Source of the DNA: Candidatus Nomurabacteria bacterium
Lineage (GTDB): Bacteria > Patescibacteriota > Minisyncoccia > Phycocordibacterales > UBA2100
Direction: 5' to 3'
DNA: 64,000 bases
Assembly: GCA_943356775.1 (NCBI GenBank)
Contig: CALRFU010000001.1
Location: 78,891 to 142,890, forward strand
Shown here: piece by piece, positions 27,550 to 37,094 of the stretch
Position numbering within the stretch: the first letter of the stretch is position 1
Layout: each line of letters opens with the position of its first letter
Position numbers and translations under genes: made by a program
The notes under the pieces: generated by a model
The model's input: the letters and a program-made list of their open reading frames with translations, nothing else
Databases searched by the model: none
Told to the model about the DNA's origin: nothing

Positions 27550-29376
27550 ATGAATTACCTCATTTCTATAAAAAAATACTTACTCGCGCACAAGATAGTA
27601 AGTGCGGTCATATTAGTTGCAATTGCCGGCGGCGGATACTGGGGATACGGAAAACTCACCAGCACGTCTGGCGAGACGCGATACGTAGTCGCAATGGCGC
27701 AAAAAGGTACTCTTGTGGTTTCTGTTACCGGCAGTGGTCAAGTCTCCACTTCCAATCAGCTCGATGTAAAACCAAAAGTCTCTGGCGAGATTCTCTCGGT
27801 GCCTGTTAAGAACGGACAAGCTGTAAAAGCTGGGGCATTGATAGCAGTCATTGACCCCACTCAAGCACAGAAAACGGCGCGTGACGCCGAAGCAAATCTT
27901 CAGAGCGCACAACTTTCCTTGGAAAAATTACAGAAACCGGCGGACCGGCTTTCAATAACACAGGCACAAAACTCCCTCGCCCAGGCACAGGAATCAAAAC
28001 AGAATGCGACAGATGACCTGAGTAAGGCATATGTGGATGGATATAATGAGGTCTCCGGTGCCTTCATCGACTTTCCCACCGCCATCGTTGGTTTACACGA
28101 CTTGCTTTTCACCACAAGTTCTCAACTTGGAGGTTCGAACCAGGAGAATATCGATTATTACGCAAGTGTGATTGACCGTTTAACTGGTACGAGCAAGGGC
28201 ACACAATTTCGCACTGATACACAAATTAAGTACACTGCTGCAAAAGCCGCGTACGACAAGAAGTTTGCTGATTACAAAGTCACAAGCCGTACAGCTGACG
28301 GTGCAACTATCGCCGCACTTATTCAGGAGACGGACGACGCCGTTAGACTTAACTCTGACGCACTGAAAAGCGCCAATAATCTCGTCCAGCTTTATAAGGA
28401 TACGTTTGCGGATTACGACCTTACTCCCTCAGCCTATGCGACAACGCAACTCTCAACGCTCAATGCCCATGCGGGCACCCTCAATTCTCATGCGAATTCT
28501 TTGCTTGCAGCCCTGACAATAATACGAACTTCAACACAAGCCATCTCGAGCGCCAAACGTAGTATCACTGCCAATCAGCAATCGCTCGATAAATTGAACA
28601 ATGGAGCGGACGACCTCGATGTGCAGTCATCTCAACTTACCGTCACTCAGCGGAAAAACGCACTTCAAGACGCAAAAGACAACCTCGCGGACTATTACGT
28701 ACGCGCGCCGTTCGACGGCACCATCGCTGCACTCAATGCAAAAGTACACGACTTCGCAGGCTCCACAGCCATTGCGACCATCATTACGCAATCTAAAATC
28801 GCAGAACTGAGCCTCAACGAAGTTGATGCAGCGAGTACCGCCGTCGGCAATAAGACAACGCTGACCTTCGACGCGGTACCTGACCTCACTATAGCCGGTA
28901 CCGTTTCAGAAATAGATACGGTCGGTACGGTTGCTCAGGGGGTCGTGACATACAACGTAAAAATTTCTTTTGATACTCAGGACAACCGCGTAAAGCCCGG
29001 CATGAGTGTTTCAGCAGCAATCCAGACTGCGGTGAAGCAAGACGTGCTCTTGGTGCCAAATTCTGCCGTAAAAATTCAGGGTAATTCTTCATATGTCCAA
29101 GTATTCAATCCCCCACTGTCTGGAGATACCGCTTCTTTACGTGGACTTACTTCGACGCAAATACCTGGGCAAGTTACCGTGCAGAGAGGTCTGTCGAATG
29201 ACACTTCAACTGAAATTATCTCAGGCTTGAATGAAGGTGCTCAAGTCATTGCACGTACTATCGTAGCCTCGGCACAAACGCCAACGACGCAGGCGCCGAG
29301 TCTCTTCGGTGGAGGTGGCGCCTTCCGGAGTACCGGAGGGAGTGCAGGAGCAGGTACACGCGTACAAACTCGCTAA
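27550..29376 (+). CDS. Efflux periplasmic adaptor (HlyD/MacA family) with extended helical region
   Basis: N-terminal TM anchor, biotinyl/lipoyl-like beta motifs (VSGSGQVS..KVSGEILSV) and a long Gln/Ala/Thr-rich alpha-helical region. Start taken at MNYLISI. Confidence 0.7.
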   Translation: MNYLISIKKYLLAHKIVSAVILVAIAGGGYWGYGKLTSTSGETRYVVAMAQKGTLVVSVTGSGQVSTSNQLDVKPKVSGEILSVPVKNGQAVKAGALIAVIDPTQAQKTARDAEANLQSAQLSLEKLQKPADRLSITQAQNSLAQAQESKQNATDDLSKAYVDGYNEVSGAFIDFPTAIVGLHDLLFTTSSQLGGSNQENIDYYASVIDRLTGTSKGTQFRTDTQIKYTAAKAAYDKKFADYKVTSRTADGATIAALIQETDDAVRLNSDALKSANNLVQLYKDTFADYDLTPSAYATTQLSTLNAHAGTLNSHANSLLAALTIIRTSTQAISSAKRSITANQQSLDKLNNGADDLDVQSSQLTVTQRKNALQDAKDNLADYYVRAPFDGTIAALNAKVHDFAGSTAIATIITQSKIAELSLNEVDAASTAVGNKTTLTFDAVPDLTIAGTVSEIDTVGTVAQGVVTYNVKISFDTQDNRVKPGMSVSAAIQTAVKQDVLLVPNSAVKIQGNSSYVQVFNPPLSGDTASLRGLTSTQIPGQVTVQRGLSNDTSTEIISGLNEGAQVIARTIVASAQTPTTQAPSLFGGGGAFRSTGGSAGAGTRVQTR

Positions 29377-29387
29377 CGCAAGGAATC

Positions 29388-30110
29388 ATGCCGAGTCCCC
29401 TCAAGGTAGAAGTAAAGGATGTCACGAAGACGTACCACATCGGCGACATCTCGTTTCAAGCCCTTGCGGGTGTATCGTTTAGCATCGCGGAGGGCGAATT
29501 TGTCGCCATTATGGGTCCCAGTGGTTCGGGAAAATCAACACTGATGCACATTCTTGGGTGTCTTGATACACCGAGCACTGGCACATACACATTAGACGGC
29601 AAATCAGTAGGGAGTCTTTCCGACGACGAGCTTGCTGATATTCGTCGTGAAAAGGTAGGCTTCGTCTTTCAGGCGTTCAATCTCCTCCCTCGAACGACTG
29701 TCATGCGCAACGTGATGCTGCCTCTGGTCTATGCCGGAGTACCCGCCGAAGAACGAGCTGTGCGAGCGGTGGACGCACTCAAAGATGCGGGATTCGACGA
29801 ATCACATTTCGAACACAAATCAAATCAACTCTCAGGCGGGCAGATTCAACGCGTCGCTATCGCTCGCGCACTGGTGAATAACCCCACTATGATACTGGCG
29901 GACGAGCCGACGGGAAATTTGGACACGAAGACCGGCGAGATAGTATTAAGAACATTTCAAAAACTGAACCGAGAACACGGCCGCACGATTATCCTCATCA
30001 CGCACGAAGCAGAGGTGGCTGCACACGCCGACCGCATCATTCGCGTCAAAGATGGCCTCATTCAAGACGATTCTCGCTCGCACGCAGTCCACAAAGTTAC
30101 ACATCTATGA
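29388..30110 (+). CDS. ABC transporter ATP-binding protein (MacB/LolD type)
   Basis: 240 aa with Walker A (GPSGSGKST), signature (LSGGQIQR), Walker B (ILADEPTGNLD). Confidence 0.9.
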   Translation: MPSPLKVEVKDVTKTYHIGDISFQALAGVSFSIAEGEFVAIMGPSGSGKSTLMHILGCLDTPSTGTYTLDGKSVGSLSDDELADIRREKVGFVFQAFNLLPRTTVMRNVMLPLVYAGVPAEERAVRAVDALKDAGFDESHFEHKSNQLSGGQIQRVAIARALVNNPTMILADEPTGNLDTKTGEIVLRTFQKLNREHGRTIILITHEAEVAAHADRIIRVKDGLIQDDSRSHAVHKVTHL

Positions 30111-31318
30111 AAACTGTCGACGTTCTTGAAGAAACATATGTGGCCCTTTCTGCCAACAAGATACGCAGTGGCCTCACGATTTTGGGCATCGTCATCGGTA
30201 TCGCTTCGGTCATCGCCATGCTCTCTATCGGTAATGGTGCGAAGCAAAGTATCCAAGGAAATATAGAATCTCTCGGTTCAAATCTTCTCACTATTCTGCC
30301 AGGAGTTTTACAGCCAGGACGCGGCATTGTCTCTTCGGGACGTGGTGCCGCCGAGACTCTGAAAATCGAAGACGCGGTGGCTATCGCTGAATTACCAGGT
30401 GTCGCTGCACTTTCGCCAGAATTGTCGCGCCGATTCCAGATAGTATCGAGTACGGGTAACAACACCAATACGACCGTTATAGGTTCTGCGAGCGCGTATG
30501 CAACTGTCCATAATTTAAATATCGCTGAAGGCTCATTCATAAGCGATGAGAATGTGCGCGGATTAGGCCGACAAGCAGTGTTGGGTGCTACGGTTGCAAA
30601 AGATCTCTTCGCAGACACCGACGCTATCGGCAAGACCATCCGTATTAACGGCGGAAGTTATCGGGTAATAGGAGTACTCGCCTCTAAAGGCGGTTTCGGC
30701 TTTTCAGGCCCCGATGGCGTGGTCTTTGTACCCATTACTACCATGCAAAAGATACTCACTGGCTCGGACAGCTATTCGACCATCGCCGTGCAGGTAACTA
30801 ATAAGGATCAGATGAAAGACCTGCAGCAAAATATCACCGACATTCTCATGACGCGTCACCGCGTCCTTGAAGCGGATTTCTCAGTAATATCGCAAGAAGA
30901 TATTCTCGGTACCCTCTCGAGTGTCATAACGACTTTCACGCTTTTCCTCGCGGCCATTGCGAGTATCTCACTCGTCGTCGGCGGTATCGGCATCATGAAC
31001 ATGATGCTCACTACCGTAACCGAACGCACCAAAGAGATTGGATTGCGCAAAGCCGTCGGCGCAAAGCAGGATGACATACGAATTCAATTTCTCGTTGAAG
31101 CGGTTATGCTTACGCTACTTGGCGGAATTATCGGTACGGGTATCGGCTGGCTCGTCTCCTTCGGTGTGACCGCAAGCGGAATCCTCCAGACATCGGTGTC
31201 CCTTTCGTCTGTGCTTCTCGCCTGCGGCGTCTCCGCGGGTATTGGGATTGTCTTTGGATACTATCCGGCAGCCCGTGCGGCTCGCCTTAGTCCCATTGAT
31301 GCGCTTCGATACGAATAA
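30107..31318 (+). CDS. ABC transporter permease (FtsX/MacB-type)
   Basis: 403 aa with N-terminal TM, large periplasmic domain, C-terminal FtsX 3-TM bundle. Start overlaps the ATPase stop. Confidence 0.85.
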   Translation: MKTVDVLEETYVALSANKIRSGLTILGIVIGIASVIAMLSIGNGAKQSIQGNIESLGSNLLTILPGVLQPGRGIVSSGRGAAETLKIEDAVAIAELPGVAALSPELSRRFQIVSSTGNNTNTTVIGSASAYATVHNLNIAEGSFISDENVRGLGRQAVLGATVAKDLFADTDAIGKTIRINGGSYRVIGVLASKGGFGFSGPDGVVFVPITTMQKILTGSDSYSTIAVQVTNKDQMKDLQQNITDILMTRHRVLEADFSVISQEDILGTLSSVITTFTLFLAAIASISLVVGGIGIMNMMLTTVTERTKEIGLRKAVGAKQDDIRIQFLVEAVMLTLLGGIIGTGIGWLVSFGVTASGILQTSVSLSSVLLACGVSAGIGIVFGYYPAARAARLSPIDALRYE

Positions 31319-31714
31319 TCAAATATCCATGCGGCGATGATACAAATTCGCCCAGCACATAGTCAGTAATCGGTCCTCGGCAACACGTTCTGCCATCTGT
31401 TTTTCCTCTTCGTTTTCGTACAAAACAACTGAACGATATTGCCCGCCAACATTCGCACCTTGTCGATTCGACGTAGTCGGATCATGCGAACCAAAAAAGA
31501 CGGTGAGTAAATCTTTATAGGAGATGGTGGCAGAATCGTACGTGACGCGAATGACCTCTGCATGCCCTGTGTTGCCACTACTCACTGCATCATACGAAGA
31601 ATTGTCCATCGCCCCTCCCGCATATCCTGATTCCACTTTTTCAACCCCTTTGAGCATTTGAAAAATGGCCTCTGTGCACCAAAAGCATCCACCTCCGAAT
31701 ACTGCTGTTTTCAT
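31319..31714 (-). CDS. MsrA paralog, C-terminally truncated (possible pseudogene)
   Basis: 131 aa. N-terminus identical to msrA (MKTAVFGGGCFWCTEA) with 41 nt of perfect nucleotide identity. Diverges after about 110 aa and stops flush against the permease stop codon. Confidence 0.5.
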   Translation of the reverse strand: MKTAVFGGGCFWCTEAIFQMLKGVEKVESGYAGGAMDNSSYDAVSSGNTGHAEVIRVTYDSATISYKDLLTVFFGSHDPTTSNRQGANVGGQYRSVVLYENEEEKQMAERVAEDRLLTMCWANLYHRRMDI

Positions 31715-31748
31715 CTCGCCAGTATATCAAAACGATGCTATACTTTTT

Positions 31749-31892
31749 CCTCCTTCGGGGTTGGGTGTGAGTCCCAATCGGCGGTAAAGCCCGGCGCAAG
31801 CGTGTGGCGAGTCCGCGAGTCTCGGTTAAATTCGGGACACGACTGCGGTTAAATCCCGCGACCGACCGTATAGTCGGGATAAAAGAAGGAAA
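31749..31892 (+). promoter_or_regulatory. FMN riboswitch (RFN element)
   Basis: CTTCGGGGTTGGGTGTGAGTCCCAATCGGCGGTAAAGCCCGG ... GACCGACCGTATAGTCGGGATAAAAGAAGGA matches conserved RFN blocks. Lies upstream of ribE; hairpin plus T-run expression platform precedes the ATG. Confidence 0.8.
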
Positions 31893-31946
31893 CGTGCATC
31901 ACCTTTTGGTGATGACGTCGCGACCCCGAAAAAGGCGGGTTTTTCT

Positions 31947-32534
31947 ATGTTTTCGGGAATCATTACAGAAACAGGTACAGTCGCGGATGTGTTGCCAAAT
32001 GCAATTCGTGTCGGCGCACATGCTGCGTTCGTACGCAACCTCGTTCGCGGTACGAGCGTCAGTGTCGACGGAGCGTGCCTCACGGTCGTGTCAAAAGATA
32101 TAAGTTCATTTACGACAGATATCATGCCGGAAACAAAACGACGAACCACCTTGGGGAGCCTTCGCGTTGGTGAGACGGTCAATCTCGAGCTTCCCGTGAC
32201 CGCATCTTCCTTTCTTTCCGGCCATATTGTACAGGGACATGTTGACGGTATCGGAACATTGAAGCATGTTAAGAAAGACGGAGATAGTCACATTTTTTCT
32301 ATCACTGTTCCGCACACGCTTGCGCGATATATCGCCCCGAAAGGATCGGTAACAGTGAGTGGTGTTGCGCTCACCGTTATCGCGGTACGCTCTTCATCAT
32401 TCAGCGCAGGGATTATTCCTCACACGTTCCGTACGACTACGATGCACAGGCTTGCAGTGCGCGACTCGGTAAACATCGAAGTGGACGTGCTCGCGAAATA
32501 TGTCGAGAAATTCACGCGCAAACATTCACAATGA
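31947..32534 (+). CDS. ribE: Riboflavin synthase
   Basis: 195 aa starting MFSGIITETGTV with two lumazine-binding repeats. Confidence 0.9.
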   Translation: MFSGIITETGTVADVLPNAIRVGAHAAFVRNLVRGTSVSVDGACLTVVSKDISSFTTDIMPETKRRTTLGSLRVGETVNLELPVTASSFLSGHIVQGHVDGIGTLKHVKKDGDSHIFSITVPHTLARYIAPKGSVTVSGVALTVIAVRSSSFSAGIIPHTFRTTTMHRLAVRDSVNIEVDVLAKYVEKFTRKHSQ

Positions 32535-32974
32535 AAAATATCAAAGACTTACGCATAGCAATTATCGGGACATCATTTCGAAAGAAGGTTACTGCAGAGC
32601 TTGAAAAACGCTGCGTCGCGACATTGCGAAAGCGTGGGCTTTCCACACAACAGATACGCATTGTTCGCGTTCCGGGAGCATTTGAAGTGCCACTCGTTGC
32701 AAAAAAAATGGCGGCGCAAGGAATATACGACGCTCTTATCGTCTTTGGTGCAATCGTCAAGGGAAAAACGTACCATTTCGAGCAAATCGCAAACGAATGC
32801 TCGCGTGGCTGCGCCGAGGTATCACGTGCGTATGAGATACCCGTCATCTTCGAAGTACTTGCTGTGTACAATCTCGCGGATGCATACCTGCGTGCAACGC
32901 GAAAGAATGAGAACAAGGGCGTTGAAGCGGCCGAATCTGCGCTGTCCATGATAGATCTTATGTCTCGACTATGA
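32531..32974 (+). CDS. ribH: 6,7-dimethyl-8-ribityllumazine synthase
   Basis: 147 aa; RIAIIGTSFRKKVT..VPGAFEVP..GAIVKGKTYHFE is typical of lumazine synthase. Confidence 0.9.
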   Translation: MKNIKDLRIAIIGTSFRKKVTAELEKRCVATLRKRGLSTQQIRIVRVPGAFEVPLVAKKMAAQGIYDALIVFGAIVKGKTYHFEQIANECSRGCAEVSRAYEIPVIFEVLAVYNLADAYLRATRKNENKGVEAAESALSMIDLMSRL

Positions 32975-34200
32975 AAATTACTTTCTGCACTATACCGGAG
33001 GCAATTGTCGAAATAAAAAAAGGTAATATGCTCATCATCATCGACAGTCCGAAGCGCGAAAACGAAGCAGATTTATATATTCCTGCGGACGCCGCAACTC
33101 CTGCGGCGATACACACAATGATTACACACGGCGGTGGCATCTTGTGCGCTGCAATTACTCAATCGCAAGCACATCGTTTGCACCTTCCGCTCATGGTCCC
33201 CTCTACGGAGAATACTGAAAAAACTGGAGTGAATTTCACCGTCTCTATCAATGCGCGGCACGGCATCACGACCGGCGTCTCTGCGCACGACCGCGCAAAG
33301 ACAATCAGAATCCTCGCAAGTCCAAAATCGAAGCCAACAGATCTCGTTAAGCCTGGACACGTATTCGGTCTTGTGGCGCGCGACGGAGGAGTCCTCGTGC
33401 GCGAAGGACACACAGAGGCGGCAGTCGACCTTGCTCGCCTCGCTGGCAGAGCGCCTGCGGGCGTTTTGTGTGAAATTGTTGGAAAAAACGGTCATATGGC
33501 AAAACGCAAAGAAATAAATGAGCTCTCACGAACACTCGGAGTAAAAATAGTCGCGATACGCAATCTTATCCGTTATCTTTGCGTGCATCCTTTGTCGACC
33601 ACACCTTCAAGCTCTAGCACTATACGCATTGCAACATCGACGCTCCCAACGAAATACGGTACATTCGATATCACTGCCTACAAATCCGTTTTCGACAATC
33701 GCGAACATGCCGCACTTGTTTTCGGAAAACCACGCGGAGAGACACTCGTTCGCGTTCACTCGCAATGTCTTACCGGCGATACACTCTTTTCGCTCCGATG
33801 CGACTGCGGCGAACAACTGAAAAAGAGCATGCACGCGATAATCCGCGCGGGCGCAGGCGTCGTCGTGTATCTCAATCAGGAGGGCCGCGGCGTTGGCTTT
33901 GGCAACAAAATACGGGCATATGCGCTGCAAGATAATGGTTGTGACACCGTGCAAGCAAACGACGAACTCGGACTGCCGATAGATTCGCGCAGTTATGAAG
34001 CGGCGGCGGACATCCTTAAAGATCAAGGCATCGATATGGTGCGTCTTCTCACGAACAATCCCAATAAGATGGATCAGCTCCGTACCTTTGGCATCGTTGT
34101 AACGAAACGCATTTCCCTCGAAACCACACCAAACAAAGTGAACACTCGATACCTACGAACTAAAAAACTCAAAATGGGTCACCACCTCAAGAGAGTCTAG
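32971..34200 (+). CDS. ribBA: Bifunctional 3,4-dihydroxy-2-butanone-4-phosphate synthase / GTP cyclohydrolase II
   Basis: 409 aa. N-terminal DHBP synthase (RENEADL..), C-terminal GTP cyclohydrolase II (VHSQCLTGD..LRCDCG). Confidence 0.9.
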   Translation: MKITFCTIPEAIVEIKKGNMLIIIDSPKRENEADLYIPADAATPAAIHTMITHGGGILCAAITQSQAHRLHLPLMVPSTENTEKTGVNFTVSINARHGITTGVSAHDRAKTIRILASPKSKPTDLVKPGHVFGLVARDGGVLVREGHTEAAVDLARLAGRAPAGVLCEIVGKNGHMAKRKEINELSRTLGVKIVAIRNLIRYLCVHPLSTTPSSSSTIRIATSTLPTKYGTFDITAYKSVFDNREHAALVFGKPRGETLVRVHSQCLTGDTLFSLRCDCGEQLKKSMHAIIRAGAGVVVYLNQEGRGVGFGNKIRAYALQDNGCDTVQANDELGLPIDSRSYEAAADILKDQGIDMVRLLTNNPNKMDQLRTFGIVVTKRISLETTPNKVNTRYLRTKKLKMGHHLKRV

Positions 34201-34204
34201 CGGT

Positions 34205-35290
34205 ATGAAGAACTCGAAGTCGGACGAGGATTATATGCGCGAGACGCTTCGGCTCGCGGAGATGGGTCGCGGCTTTGTAAATCCCAACCCAATGGTTGGT
34301 GCGGTTATTGTACGGAAGGGACGTGTTGTGGCGCGAGGATACCATCGTATCTCTGGTGGTTCGCACGCCGAGATTGAGGCACTTTCGAATGTGCGCGGCA
34401 ATGCTGCAGGTACGACTTTGTATGTGAATCTGGAACCGTGCTGCCATTTCGGACGCACGCCGCCATGCACGGACGCACTTATCCGCGCCAAGATTGCCCG
34501 CATCGTCTGCGCAACGCGCGATTCAAACAAGACGGCACGCGGAGGTCTCGAGAAATTACGGCGAGCCGGCATCGATGTCTCAATCGGCAGCCTCAAGAAA
34601 GAAGCGCGCGATCTGAACGAATCATTCTTTACATTTCATGAGAGGCAACGGCCATTCGTCGCATTAAAATTCGCCGCAAGCCTCGATGGCAAGCTCGCCA
34701 CACGCAGCGGTGATTCAAAATGGATAACGAGTAAGCCGGCTCGTGCGCACGCGCGGCGTTTGCGAGGCAGCTACCAAGCCGTAGTCGTTGGAGTGGAAAC
34801 CGTCATGGCAGACGATCCACACCTTGGAGCGCGCATAAAAAAACTCCCGGATCCTTTGCGCGTAATTCTTGATTCGACGCTTCGGATATCTCTCAAGGCT
34901 CAGGTATTACGCGATTCGCATGTCATTATCGCGACAACGAAACGCGCTTCGGCACTAAAAAAGAAACTGCTGGAGCGTCGTGGCATACGTGTCCTTACCT
35001 GCGGGGACAATCATATTGCGCCGAGACAACTTCTTGCATCGCTCAAACAATTGAACATAATCAGCGTACTTGTGGAGGGCGGCGGCGCAGTTTTGGGAAG
35101 CTTCATCGATGCCGGCTTCGTTGATAAAGTCTATGCTTTTTACGCGCCAATCCTCATCGGAGGCGAAAATGCTGTCTCAATCGGCGGCCACGGAGCGGGG
35201 CGTATTGCAACAGCGCTGCATCTTTCTCACACTTCAGTAGAAAGCTTTGGCTCCACTGTTCTTATCACAGCATCAACCAACAGACCCTAA
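34205..35290 (+). CDS. ribD: Riboflavin biosynthesis deaminase/reductase
   Basis: 361 aa with cytidine-deaminase-like zinc motif (HAEIEAL..LEPCCHFGRTPPC) and C-terminal RibD reductase domain. Confidence 0.9.
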   Translation: MKNSKSDEDYMRETLRLAEMGRGFVNPNPMVGAVIVRKGRVVARGYHRISGGSHAEIEALSNVRGNAAGTTLYVNLEPCCHFGRTPPCTDALIRAKIARIVCATRDSNKTARGGLEKLRRAGIDVSIGSLKKEARDLNESFFTFHERQRPFVALKFAASLDGKLATRSGDSKWITSKPARAHARRLRGSYQAVVVGVETVMADDPHLGARIKKLPDPLRVILDSTLRISLKAQVLRDSHVIIATTKRASALKKKLLERRGIRVLTCGDNHIAPRQLLASLKQLNIISVLVEGGGAVLGSFIDAGFVDKVYAFYAPILIGGENAVSIGGHGAGRIATALHLSHTSVESFGSTVLITASTNRP

Positions 35291-36798
35291 TCTCTCGGAG
35301 ACGGTCGTAAGAGCGGAAACAATTGCGCTTCGTGAGCGGGGCGATTCTCGAGGAAGGAAAAGAGGCGCTCCGAGACACCAAAGCCAAACGCAGGCGGCAT
35401 GCCGAATTCCATAGCGCAGACGTAATCTTCATCCAAGCGTTGCGCTTCGTCATCACCCGCATCGCGCATTCTTTGTTGCTCTTCGAATCGCGCACGTTGA
35501 TCTTGCGGGTCGTTGAGTTCACTGAATGCCTTCCCCATTTCCGAGCCTGCGAGGATGACCTGCAATCGCTCGACGATGTCAGGGTTATTCGCGGAGCGCT
35601 TGGCAAGAGGTTCGAGATAGACAGGAACCCCCACAAGAAAAGCGGGGCCCGATATGGTCTTACGTATAGATTTCCACAAATGGTCGATAGCTCGCGGCTT
35701 ATTGAGCGTTTCCCCTACTTGTATCTGAGCATCGCGAACCGCTTGTATCGCTTCTTCTTCCGTACAGGTCAGAGGATTAATACCGAACTTCTCCTGAATG
35801 ACGGCACAAAAATCGATGAGCGGCCACTCTTCCGCAAAATCAACCGTATGAGCGTTTACCTCAAATGTGTATTTACCATAGACCTCTTTTACGATGTGGC
35901 GATAGAGCTCCTTCAGGAATTCCATCCCCTTTTGCATGTCGCTGTACGCCTCATAGGATTCAAGCTGCGTGTAATCCTGCAAATGCTCCCGTGATTGGCC
36001 TTCATTGCGGAAGATGCGGCCAATCTCAAAAACTTTCGGGAACCCGGCGACGAGCAGCTCCTTTTGCCACAATTCACCGCAAGAGATACGGAGATACACA
36101 TCAATGTCGAGCGCGTTGTGGTGTGTCTTAAACGGTCGAGCATCGGCACCACCGGGAGAATTCTCGAGAATGGGAGTCTCGACTTCGAGGAAGCCGCGCT
36201 CTATATAAAAATTACGGGCTGCTTGCCAAAATCTTGTACGGCGTCCAAACATGGCGCGTACTTCCGGATTCAGAAGGATATCAAGATACCGCTGCCGCAA
36301 AATCAATTCCTCGTCCTTGATACCGAAATGTTCGGCGGGCATCGGCAAGAGCGATTTGGCGAGCATGCGCCACTTCTCCACCTTCAGAGAGCGTTCTCCT
36401 CTTTTCGTTTTAAACATCACCCCCGAAGCCTCGACAAAGTCACCCGTATCTACCGTAGCCACAAAAAGGTCGAATAGAGCCTCATCCATATCCGCTTTCT
36501 GCAGCACAATCTGCATGCGTCCGGTACCGCCTGTGGTGAGCGATTTATCCTGAGTGGAGTCGAAGGGAGTCGAACCATCGAAGATGTCCGCAAAAGCAAT
36601 GCCTCCTTGACCTCTCAGAGACATCACACGGCCTCCTAGGTGAACCTTGCGGCCGCTTGCTTCCAAATCATCGAAAGCGGTGCCTGCATCCGCATTACTC
36701 ATATCCCGGTGCGAATCGACGGGATACGGGTTCATGCCTGCGGCTCGAAGAGCATCAAGCTTCTTCAGTCGTTCGTCACGGATTTCCTGCTCGCTCAT
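35287..36798 (-). CDS. lysS: Lysine--tRNA ligase (class II)
   Basis: 503 aa with N-terminal OB anticodon-binding domain and class II motifs 1-3 (..FRNEGQSREH.. ; ..GGGIGIDRL-type C-term). Confidence 0.95.
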   Translation of the reverse strand: MSEQEIRDERLKKLDALRAAGMNPYPVDSHRDMSNADAGTAFDDLEASGRKVHLGGRVMSLRGQGGIAFADIFDGSTPFDSTQDKSLTTGGTGRMQIVLQKADMDEALFDLFVATVDTGDFVEASGVMFKTKRGERSLKVEKWRMLAKSLLPMPAEHFGIKDEELILRQRYLDILLNPEVRAMFGRRTRFWQAARNFYIERGFLEVETPILENSPGGADARPFKTHHNALDIDVYLRISCGELWQKELLVAGFPKVFEIGRIFRNEGQSREHLQDYTQLESYEAYSDMQKGMEFLKELYRHIVKEVYGKYTFEVNAHTVDFAEEWPLIDFCAVIQEKFGINPLTCTEEEAIQAVRDAQIQVGETLNKPRAIDHLWKSIRKTISGPAFLVGVPVYLEPLAKRSANNPDIVERLQVILAGSEMGKAFSELNDPQDQRARFEEQQRMRDAGDDEAQRLDEDYVCAMEFGMPPAFGFGVSERLFSFLENRPAHEAQLFPLLRPSPRD

Positions 36799-36839
36799 AG
36801 TGCGCCCATGATAACAAATATTTGACCGGGTGGAGAGCT

Positions 36840-37043
36840 CTAATTCCGTATCTCGACCGGAGGGACGGGATTGGCCGCACGCGTGAGAAGAATCCCGATG
36901 CCAAGAAGCGGCAGTATTGAGAGTACAATAAGGAGAATAATGAGGACATTTGCACTCTCCTGAGAATCGAGCATGCGGTCAATCCATGAAACTGTTTTTT
37001 TGAATACCTTCGGGGTCCCGTCGTTCCACTCTTCTTCTGTCAT
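36840..37043 (-). CDS. Small membrane protein, hypothetical
   Basis: 67 aa with one hydrophobic helix (LIILLIVLSILPLLGIGILL). Lies between the RND pump and lysS. Confidence 0.3.
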   Translation of the reverse strand: MTEEEWNDGTPKVFKKTVSWIDRMLDSQESANVLIILLIVLSILPLLGIGILLTRAANPVPPVEIRN

Positions 37044-37094
37044 GGGACTAGCGTAGCAAACGTACAGAATCCTGCACCTTCCTTTTACACACCT

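Noticed and set aside
36541-36580. GAGTCGAAGGGAGTCGAAC repeat inside lysS that shares GTCGAAC with the palindromic element
   Set aside because: It is a direct, not inverted, repeat coding FDGSTPFDST and lacks the ATGTTCGAC...GTCGAACAT palindrome. Likely coincidental.
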